Below the pieces are notes generated by a model. It was not told where the DNA came from. It saw only the letters and a program-made list of their open reading frames with translations, and did no database searches. The translations under genes and the position numbers were made by a program. A stretch of DNA of 55,655 nt, from positions 1 through 55,655 of IMG/VR virus record IMGVR_UViG_3300002913_000001; one strand, written 5' to 3'. This stretch comes from a virus (Duplodnaviria; Caudoviricetes). Positions within the stretch are counted from its first letter, which is position 1. The number at the start of each line of letters is the position of its first letter. This document shows positions 48,885-55,655 of this stretch, in pieces.

Positions 48885-49270
48885 AACTGCCACCACTTCT
48901 TTTTGATTATTGCTACTTCAGTTTTAGCTGCTTTCATTATGACTGCTACTTCACGTTTAATAACGTCTACTAATTCAGCAGAACGTGCATCATGTAGTAA
49001 TGAATGAAGTGCCTCATGCATTGGTATTCCCTCGACCTTTGCGTATTCAGCAATAATTGCGTGGTCTTCCTTAGTAACGCTTACTACAACACAACGTTCT
49101 CTATACGTACGTGGCTTTACCTTGCCCGGCGTAGATTGTATGATAATTCTAGAGATAGTAGACTCACCTAGTTTTACTAAAGCTGCAATGTCTTTTGGCT
49201 TCATCTTAATGTTGTGTAGTCTCATTACTTCTTTTCGCTGTTTTAGCGTTACTTTTGTGCCTGTTGGCAT
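48881..49270 (-). CDS. HTH DNA-binding protein
   Basis: PKDIAALVKLGESTISRII helix-turn-helix; RBS GGGAGG. Confidence 0.7.
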   Translation of the reverse strand: MPTGTKVTLKQRKEVMRLHNIKMKPKDIAALVKLGESTISRIIIQSTPGKVKPRTYRERCVVVSVTKEDHAIIAEYAKVEGIPMHEALHSLLHDARSAELVDVIKREVAVIMKAAKTEVAIIKKKWWQL

Positions 49271-49302
49271 AATAACCTCCCAAGGTTAATTGATTTAAAT
49301 TA

Positions 49303-49317
49303 GTGGTCGGAGACCAC
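49303..49317. promoter_or_regulatory. 6-bp stem, GGA-triloop hairpin 2
   Basis: GTGGTC-GGA-GACCAC. Confidence 0.6.
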
Positions 49318-49319
49318 GT

Positions 49320-49514
49320 TTAATGTATGAAATCTTGAAGTGACTCATATACAAAGTCTGAATCTTCGTTTACAGCGTCTAATTCACTGTCAGTTAAATT
49401 CTGACCTGTGTCTTTCCAGTAAGCTTCTACAATCATAGAATCTTCGTATTTAGGGTGTTGACTACCACTCCAGTCCATACCGGATACTGTAATATTCGTA
49501 AAGTTAATACTCAT
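49320..49514 (-). CDS. Hypothetical protein
   Basis: Coupled small ORF; P.YED..I.EA......LTD.ELD.VNED..FVYE. Confidence 0.65.
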   Translation of the reverse strand: MSINFTNITVSGMDWSGSQHPKYEDSMIVEAYWKDTGQNLTDSELDAVNEDSDFVYESLQDFIH

Positions 49515-49711
49515 GTTGTAAGCTCTATCATGTAGTTATAAAATCTATCAACTTCTAAATCTTCCCATTCACCCTCATCAATTTCTTGACGCATTAAATC
49601 GAATGCATCTTCGATTCTTTCTTTTAGTTTGGGGTGTTTAGTAGTTACTTTCTGCATATCTGTGTATGCTTGATGTACTGCTATAGTGTTGCTCATAGTA
49701 GTCCAGGACAA
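49511..49711 (-). CDS. Hypothetical protein
   Basis: Coupled small acidic ORF; start may be the second Met. Confidence 0.6.
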   Translation of the reverse strand: MSWTTMSNTIAVHQAYTDMQKVTTKHPKLKERIEDAFDLMRQEIDEGEWEDLEVDRFYNYMIELTT

Positions 49712-49962
49712 TCTGTCGGATCATCTGCGGTACACTCACGCATACAAGGACTGTCACCAGTTCCATACGCGTCATGTGTAAGCTCACAATGTTCACAGTT
49801 CTCGCAGTGGGTGCCCTCATCGTTAGCTTTATCCCACTCACGTTGATCATCTTTATCTTTAGCTTTCATAGCTAATACATAATCATCGAAGTCAGGTTCC
49901 TGATCTCTCATAAACTGATCATGGTCTTGCTCATCTAAGAGCTGTGCTTTAACTTTTCCCAT
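49693..49962 (-). CDS. Small acidic Cys-rich protein
   Basis: RBS GGAGG; CENCEHC plus three more Cys. Confidence 0.65.
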   Translation of the reverse strand: MGKVKAQLLDEQDHDQFMRDQEPDFDDYVLAMKAKDKDDQREWDKANDEGTHCENCEHCELTHDAYGTGDSPCMRECTADDPTDCPGLL

Positions 49963-50167
49963 CTACTATTCCTCCAAATATAATGTCTGCTATTTTTAAA
50001 TCGTAAGGTGATAATGTATTCCACCAATCTAACGGAGCACTGATTAGATTACCTAAACTAGTTTCTGTCATATCATCGATATTACCGTTAGCGTCTATTT
50101 CATAAATATTACCTTTAACGTCAATGTATTGATTAACGCTTCTTAAAAGCTGAACTTCACCCAGCAT
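49949..50167 (-). CDS. Hypothetical protein
   Basis: RBS AAGGAGG. Confidence 0.7.
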   Translation of the reverse strand: MLGEVQLLRSVNQYIDVKGNIYEIDANGNIDDMTETSLGNLISAPLDWWNTLSPYDLKIADIIFGGIVDGKS

Positions 50168-50195
50168 TACTAACCTCCTTGTGTGTTTTTAATTT

Positions 50196-50450
50196 TTAAA
50201 GCATTGTCGGATCTTGCTCTATTTCAGTTTGTTCTAGTAGAACTTCCGTACGGTTGAGGTTACTATTAGCGTAGATTTCCCAATCTTTGCCATAAGTTAC
50301 AGAGTAACCACTACCTAACCTTAATTTAGGTACTGATGGATGCCCTAAGGACGTCTCAACTACTCTAGATAAATATAGAGTGTCAGAGTTCGTACGCTTA
50401 ACTAGCACCATCATGTCTTTAGTTATATCTTTGAAATCTAATAATTCCAT
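50196..50450 (-). CDS. Hypothetical protein
   Basis: Start overlaps the helicase stop. Confidence 0.65.
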   Translation of the reverse strand: MELLDFKDITKDMMVLVKRTNSDTLYLSRVVETSLGHPSVPKLRLGSGYSVTYGKDWEIYANSNLNRTEVLLEQTEIEQDPTML

Positions 50451-51826
50451 TAACTAACAAAAGTTAGTTTAGATAAAGCTCTAGTGCAAGCCACGTAGTA
50501 CAAGTTGTCTTCTTCTTTCTTGCGCCACAATTCATCTGTCTTACTTTTCAAGTATTCAATGATGTCTGGCTCTAAAAAATAAACATTATCAGTTTCTAAC
50601 CCTTTAGCTGCATGAATAGTCATGAGCTTACGCTCACTAGCACCATCGGTATGCATCTTCAATGATTCTGAGAAGTCTCTAACTTCTTTCATAGACTTAA
50701 CGTTATCAACCAACATCAACAGAGCATCGAATTTATTCTCAATAGCTGAGTTATCCCAGTTGTTTTGATAGGCCTTGTTTAGCTCTAGGTTATACGCATT
50801 AACCAACTTCTCACGTAAGTTGGGCAAAGATCTAGTGCCCTTTAAATAGGGCTTTAAATCGAATTCTAGTTGTCTAATAAAATTAGCACCAATAGAGAAA
50901 TGTTTATCTGTTTTCATGAATGTATAAGCTAAGCTGATTAACTTAGCATTAACTCTACAGAGAATAAAACATTCATCTTCATATGTAACTTCTTTATAAC
51001 GTAAACGTTCTACTTGACCACCTATCTTATTAGATATCATAGTAGGGGAAATATGATTAACTTTAGCTACGATATTAGTTGGACACCTAAAGCTTTCATT
51101 CATTTCAAAGTCTTCTGGGTCGTAGTCATCAATAATCTTAGCTAATGCCTGAGGGTCACTGCCCCTAAATCCATAAATAGCCTGGTTTCTATCACCTACA
51201 AACACGATACGGTCAGTAGGTATACAAGCTAAGAACGCTATCTGTTGTGGATTAAGGTCTTGACACTCATCTACTAAGACAATGTCATAGTGATCAGTCT
51301 TCCAACCGTTATCAATAGGGTACTGAAGCATATCTTCACCACTAATCTGTTTAGTATTAGCTTTACCTGCTTGTAATATGCTTACTGCTTCAGGTATTAA
51401 GGTTCTACTTAATGAGAATCTATCAGCTGTTTTATTCCAAGAGTCTTGGGTAGGCGCACCATTCATACTCATATGATGTTGTGCTAAATTAACAGCCTTA
51501 TTAAAGTCAGCCTGTTTATATTTATTAAAATTTACTCTAGCTTTAGGTAAATACTGTCTGGTAATAGCTAAACCTAGTGCATTGAAAGTTTTACAACTCC
51601 AACCTAGAGGTAATTTATCAATTACGTCAGCAACAATAGCTTTATTAAAAGCTACGTATAATCCATTATCATAATCTTTAGCTAATTCCATGAGAGTAGC
51701 TGTCTTACCACTCCCAGCAACAGCATTTACAAGTAAAGCAGGTGCTTCACTATCCACAACAGCTTGTTGTCTAGTTGTCAGTGTAATTCTTGAAGGTGTA
51801 ACTCCACTTAGTCGGCTTAAATCCAT
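50450..51826 (-). CDS. UvrD/Rep-type superfamily 1 helicase
   Basis: AVAGSGKT; VDECQD; VGDRNQAIYGFRGSD; SFRCP; TIHAAKGLE; YVACTRA. Confidence 0.93.
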   Translation of the reverse strand: MDLSRLSGVTPSRITLTTRQQAVVDSEAPALLVNAVAGSGKTATLMELAKDYDNGLYVAFNKAIVADVIDKLPLGWSCKTFNALGLAITRQYLPKARVNFNKYKQADFNKAVNLAQHHMSMNGAPTQDSWNKTADRFSLSRTLIPEAVSILQAGKANTKQISGEDMLQYPIDNGWKTDHYDIVLVDECQDLNPQQIAFLACIPTDRIVFVGDRNQAIYGFRGSDPQALAKIIDDYDPEDFEMNESFRCPTNIVAKVNHISPTMISNKIGGQVERLRYKEVTYEDECFILCRVNAKLISLAYTFMKTDKHFSIGANFIRQLEFDLKPYLKGTRSLPNLREKLVNAYNLELNKAYQNNWDNSAIENKFDALLMLVDNVKSMKEVRDFSESLKMHTDGASERKLMTIHAAKGLETDNVYFLEPDIIEYLKSKTDELWRKKEEDNLYYVACTRALSKLTFVS

Positions 51827-52020
51827 TATTTGTTTCCTATTAGTTGTTCTGTTCGGTAGATACTTATCTGATATCTAACTTGGCACGTGTTACTATCTCT
51901 AAAAAATTGCATACTATCTGCAAACCCCCTAATCGGTAAAGTATCTAATCTACAAGTAGTTTTCCTATTATGGTGGCAACCTCGTAGTTGACAGTTTACT
52001 ATCTGAAAGTTATCTTTCAT
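51826..52020 (-). CDS. Small Cys-containing hypothetical protein
   Basis: RBS AAGGGAG; C....C......C...C pattern. Confidence 0.6.
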   Translation of the reverse strand: MKDNFQIVNCQLRGCHHNRKTTCRLDTLPIRGFADSMQFFRDSNTCQVRYQISIYRTEQLIGNK

Positions 52021-52111
52021 ATTTGTGCTCCCTTAAGGTGAATACAGTAATTTCTGTATAAATTTTAAAAATAGCAACCAGTTTTAGTTGGTTTTAATTA
52101 ATTTTAAAAAA

Positions 52112-52126
52112 GCGTCCGGAGGACGC
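52112..52126. promoter_or_regulatory. 6-bp stem, GGA-triloop hairpin 3 (terminator-like on - strand)
   Basis: GCGTCC-GGA-GGACGC; followed by TTTTTT on the - strand. Confidence 0.65.
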
Positions 52127-52159
52127 AGAAACAATTACTTATTAGTACCTTTAAGTGTT

Positions 52160-52196
52160 AAAAAAATAATAGAACTACCCCGAAGGGTAATTCTAT
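52160..52196 (-). terminator. Rho-independent terminator after RNAP II
   Basis: AUAGAAUUACCC-UUCG-GGGUAGUUCUAU then UAUUUUUUU; cUUCGg tetraloop. Confidence 0.85.
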
Positions 52197-52220
52197 CATG
52201 TTTCTTTTTGATATTGTTTA

Positions 52221-54002
52221 TTACGACAACATATATTCACTATTTAGTATGTCTGTAGATAAATCTTTAGACAGTTTGTTAATAGTTAGCTGTTTACCTG
52301 TAATTTCACTCAAGATATCCTGAAGTAAGTCACTATCAGCTATCTCAGCCATGATTTCCCGGTAATGTTGAGCAACATCTTGCATAGCATCTGGTGTAAA
52401 TACAAAACAGTCATGAATATGTACTAATTCAGTACCCTCATAATGATTTCGTCTAACCATCTCCCTAGCAACATACCCATCTACACTGTGAATGATATTA
52501 GCAACTAAACTTCTAAAGTTCTCAGAAGGTTGTTGCTTGTTATAGCGGTAGGTAAACGTTCTATGGTCTAACTCATCTATTTCTATTCGAGTATCTACCA
52601 TTTCAGTCACATTAACCTTAGCTACATGCCCATCAGGTAATGTCCACTGATGAACGTTATTATCATACTGCCAACATGCATTGATATCTTCCATCACATA
52701 CATAGCGCCTGGCATTAGCCCGTCAAGCGTGCTATAAAAGGCCTCTAACTGTTCTTCATTAAACACTTGCTTAGGATTAGCCATAGAATTATAGAATGTA
52801 GTCATACAAGGTTTCTTTACATCCCCCCTGGTAACTCCATATTTGCCATTTAAGAGCACATTCATCTTATCGGCTATCATTTGATAGACATCTTCTCTAT
52901 TGCCCGTATTGATCATATTACAGACTCTAGCAGTATCTTTACAACCGGATAATGCACTCATTATCTGTAAACCAGAAGCAGTAGCATCAATACTCATGAC
53001 ATATCCAGTCTTATAACCATTCTTAGCATCGTAATAGGCACCTAATGCCTTACTACCAAGAATAGGTTCATCAAACTGGTCCATATCCCAGTCTAACTGT
53101 TGATTAAACCATTTGATTCTACCTTTCCATGTCAATTTATCATGACCAGCATGATTAGCAACAGCAATCTTCAGATTATCCAGCTTAGTAACCTCTTGTT
53201 TATTAACTAGAGATAGCATAGCTTTACCATATTCATTAGATTGAATATTCAGGTCATACCCTGAAGAGTAACTTCTACCTCTCTTGTCATACCTCCACAC
53301 AAAGTAGAAAGGTTTACCTAGGTTATCTGTAATAACTCTATCAAACTGCGACTTATCCATATTTTCATTAGGATTCTCATTGTTAACATACGTAGGTACA
53401 TCAATAGTCCAAGGTATTAGTTGCATTAGATTAACAGCATCATAAGCTTGAGTTTCATTATGATGATTACCTTTACCTAGGATGATAGATTTACGCTCCC
53501 ATAACCAACCACCATCAGTATTAGATACCCAGTCATTAGGTTCTTGCAACATAGGTGGTAGGAATTGCAATACTTTTAGTTTATCCATAGTAGTGTCATC
53601 TAGTTTTAGTTTAGGTAGGATATCTGTACCTTCAGCATGCATAGAGATATCGAATAGATCACCATGGGTAATACTCAGTATCTCAGCACCCGTCTTAACA
53701 GCATCTATCTGATTCTTATAACCCATAGCCATACCTAACTCAGTTGCAGGCCCTTGTATAGGTTTCTTACTATCAGTAGATAGAACAATAGCAAGGATGT
53801 TACTTACTATCTCTAAGGTTTTAGGTAGGTTATCCACCCTAGTTTGTTTAGATTTGTAGTAACTACCATATCTGTAGTTATTTACAGCAAGATGTAACTG
53901 TTCAGTTATATTAGTAGGTACCTCATCTAAAATATCTAGCAGTATCAAGTTGTTACGTTGTTTCTTTGAATATTCTAACTCATTGTGTAGTTGTAAGTTC
54001 AT
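52221..54002 (-). CDS. T7-type RNA polymerase II, gp15-like and gp16-like parts in one ORF
   Basis: YDKRGRSY, IDATASGLQI (motif A), RGDVKKPCMTTFY (B), IIHSVDG, HIHDCF (C); 593 aa, no internal stop. Confidence 0.92.
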   Translation of the reverse strand: MNLQLHNELEYSKKQRNNLILLDILDEVPTNITEQLHLAVNNYRYGSYYKSKQTRVDNLPKTLEIVSNILAIVLSTDSKKPIQGPATELGMAMGYKNQIDAVKTGAEILSITHGDLFDISMHAEGTDILPKLKLDDTTMDKLKVLQFLPPMLQEPNDWVSNTDGGWLWERKSIILGKGNHHNETQAYDAVNLMQLIPWTIDVPTYVNNENPNENMDKSQFDRVITDNLGKPFYFVWRYDKRGRSYSSGYDLNIQSNEYGKAMLSLVNKQEVTKLDNLKIAVANHAGHDKLTWKGRIKWFNQQLDWDMDQFDEPILGSKALGAYYDAKNGYKTGYVMSIDATASGLQIMSALSGCKDTARVCNMINTGNREDVYQMIADKMNVLLNGKYGVTRGDVKKPCMTTFYNSMANPKQVFNEEQLEAFYSTLDGLMPGAMYVMEDINACWQYDNNVHQWTLPDGHVAKVNVTEMVDTRIEIDELDHRTFTYRYNKQQPSENFRSLVANIIHSVDGYVAREMVRRNHYEGTELVHIHDCFVFTPDAMQDVAQHYREIMAEIADSDLLQDILSEITGKQLTINKLSKDLSTDILNSEYMLS

Positions 54003-54035
54003 TACTATCCCCGATTTAATAATTGATTAAGTGAA

Positions 54036-54074
54036 TAAAAAATACATAGATACATCGAATGATGTACCTATGTA
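54036..54074 (-). terminator. Rho-independent terminator after the gp2-like gene
   Basis: UACAUAGGUACAUC-AUUC-GAUGUAUCUAUGUA then UUUUUUU. Confidence 0.85.
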
Positions 54075-54090
54075 AATTTCATGTGTGTAA

Positions 54091-54510
54091 CTATGCAAGC
54101 ATGTCTAATGCATCACGTGCCTGGTCTTCAGTAAGTTGACGACTTAGATCAGTTAACGTTACTTTAGATAAAGTCTCAGCAACAACAAGTAACTCGTTAG
54201 CTTTATCATCTTCAGATGAATCTTTATTAAGTGAGTTAGTTAAGAAGTTTAAGAAACCAAACTGATTAGTACCATTACCCATTACGAAGTTAACATAACC
54301 GTTCTTGTTAGCCTCAGTAGTACGGATCTCTGCCTTAGTAATAATCTTTAGAACATCTTCATTAGATACGATGTTTTCAAACGCCTTGCTAGGTTTGAAC
54401 TGTGCTGATTTCTCTTGACCTTCTATACGGATATAGATTGTCTTTTCGTTGTTATAAGATTTAGTTGATGCTGCGTTAGCTGCGTTAGTATTATTAGCTA
54501 GTAAGCCCAT
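54091..54510 (-). CDS. Early protein, possibly N4 gp2-like ssDNA-binding RNAP II cofactor
   Basis: Position before RNAP II, size, Ala/Asn-rich N-terminus, RBS AAGGAG, SSB-like leader. Sequence similarity itself is weak. Confidence 0.45.
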   Translation of the reverse strand: MGLLANNTNAANAASTKSYNNEKTIYIRIEGQEKSAQFKPSKAFENIVSNEDVLKIITKAEIRTTEANKNGYVNFVMGNGTNQFGFLNFLTNSLNKDSSEDDKANELLVVAETLSKVTLTDLSRQLTEDQARDALDMLA

Positions 54511-54530
54511 AATATACTCCTTTTATTATT

Positions 54531-54577
54531 GCTACCTGGAATGAGAACTAACTACGTGGTAGCTTACGCAATTAGTT
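54531..54577 (-). promoter_or_regulatory. H-type pseudoknot in the leader of the gp2-like gene
   Basis: AACUAAUUGCGU-AA-GCUACC-ACGUAGUUAGUU-(9 nt)-GGUAGC; S1 12 bp with 2 G-U, S2 6 bp. Confidence 0.75.
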
Positions 54578-54742
54578 TTTTGAATGATTTTTGGTATAGA
54601 GTTTTCTGCCCTACTATCAGAGGGTAAAAAGGTGGAATGTTGGATTGAGCAGTTATATAGATGCTCAGCTACACACAATGATCGTGTTAAGTGATTAATA
54701 TTGTTTCCCATGCGTAGTAATACCACCATAGGTCTGTATGTA

Positions 54743-54871
54743 TCATGGTATTTGTGCCGTAATGAATAGAGAATATACGGTGTATGCATATAGTCCGATT
54801 ACAAGTAAAGCAAATGCAATAAGTGTATTGATGATAATATTCATACGTCTTAGGATGCCGTGGTTATTCAT
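54743..54871 (-). CDS. 42-aa membrane peptide (not in ORF track)
   Basis: RBS AGGAGG; MNNHGILRRMNIIINTLIAFALLVIGLYAYTVYSLFITAQIP*. Confidence 0.6.
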   Translation of the reverse strand: MNNHGILRRMNIIINTLIAFALLVIGLYAYTVYSLFITAQIP

Positions 54872-55080
54872 GATGCCTCCTGTTTAGCTAGGTTATCTTC
54901 GTATTCTTTTAAGTTTAGATGTTGTTCTTTGTCTACTCGGTCTTCGATGAATGATTGAATACATTGGTCTAAGTCGTCTTGATTAGATAATTCGAAGGTG
55001 CTGATTAGTAAAGTATATAAACCTGTTGGAATAGTTACAGTTAGTTCTTTTGTGTTGGGTACTAAGGTTATTTCTGTCAT
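54868..55080 (-). CDS. Early hypothetical protein
   Basis: RBS TAAGGA. Confidence 0.65.
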   Translation of the reverse strand: MTEITLVPNTKELTVTIPTGLYTLLISTFELSNQDDLDQCIQSFIEDRVDKEQHLNLKEYEDNLAKQEAS

Positions 55081-55107
55081 GATTGTTCCTTATGTAGTTA
55101 AGTGAGG

Positions 55108-55136
55108 TAATCAGTTATACAGCATGATTAGGCTGT
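55108..55136 (-). promoter_or_regulatory. H-type pseudoknot in an early-gene leader
   Basis: ACAGC-C-UAAUCA-U-GCUGU-AUAAC-UGAUUA, flanked by a further UUAAGUG/CACUUAA pairing. Confidence 0.65.
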
Positions 55137-55227
55137 CACTTAAAGTGTTAATAGTAAACCGAATATTGAGATTATTACTAGAAGAGTAGTTAGCTCTAAT
55201 AGTATTTGTTTAAGTTCTGAGTTGTCA

Positions 55228-55509
55228 TTACTCAGCATTTATTGTCTCGTTTTCTAATTCAGCTAGCATATCTTCGTGTTTCTTTTTGATTGCTTCTATT
55301 TTGAATTCTCTTTCTATTAGGCGTTCTTGTCTGTCTAATCGCATGTCTTCAAGAGTTTCATCTAAGCCTTCACCTGATATGTCACCAAGTTGGTCTGCCA
55401 TTCTGCCTAGTCCACGTTCTCCTACAACCTTCTCTGCTAACATTGCTACAGATTGTGTTGCTTGTGCTAGTGCACTGATGGTATTACTGATATTGCTTAT
55501 AACTTTCAT
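55228..55509 (-). CDS. First early gene, possibly N4 gp1-like
   Basis: Position; Ser/Thr/Ala amphipathic N-terminus plus charged helix; RBS GAGGA. Confidence 0.5.
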   Translation of the reverse strand: MKVISNISNTISALAQATQSVAMLAEKVVGERGLGRMADQLGDISGEGLDETLEDMRLDRQERLIEREFKIEAIKKKHEDMLAELENETINAE

Positions 55510-55655
55510 TGTGTTGTGTTTCCTCTAGTTAAGTTTAGTCATTGTTTAAGTTTAGTAAATATAATTACCGACAGCGTACAAGGAACGCAGGACGCTTTCT
55601 TTCTTGAATCTTACTATCGGATGCTCTGTGTGATGTGTGAAATGTGTGAAAAAAA

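Noticed and set aside
54532-54789. 85-aa ORF in the track
   Set aside because: No clear RBS; overlaps a better-supported 42-aa ORF and the leader pseudoknot.
1-55655. Stop-codon reassignment, introns or inteins
   Set aside because: Core genes are intact in the standard code, all three stops are used, and no intein or intron signatures were seen.

Overview
The window is most of the genome of an N4-like podovirus (Schitoviridae), probably marine. The + strand (1-34945) carries late genes in N4 order: tail-fibre cassettes, lysis-type membrane genes, a tail-tip module plus a four-enzyme accessory cassette, portal, major capsid, ejection proteins and a 4003-aa virion RNA polymerase. The - strand (34947-55509) carries early/middle genes: gp1/gp2-like proteins, a T7-type RNAP II, a UvrD-type helicase, a MoxR/vWA pair, a family A DNA polymerase, gp42/43/44-like proteins, RusA and SSB. 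Terminase and endolysin are not visible. Main observations: (1) a recurring set of H-type RNA pseudoknots on the early/middle strand, including a T4 gene-32-like pseudoknot plus AU-rich leader before both putative ssDNA-binding genes and a dense ~430-nt structured non-coding array at 36320-36745; (2) a cassette beside the tail-tip genes resembling lasso-peptide/RiPP machinery (papain-fold peptidase, glutaminase-less asparagine-synthetase-like ATPase, cupin, two 2OG-Fe hydroxylases); (3) RNAP II as one fused 593-aa chain; (4) a staphylococcal-nuclease-like N-terminus on the virion RNAP. All calls come from motifs, synteny and base-pairing read by eye; no searches or folding programs were run.
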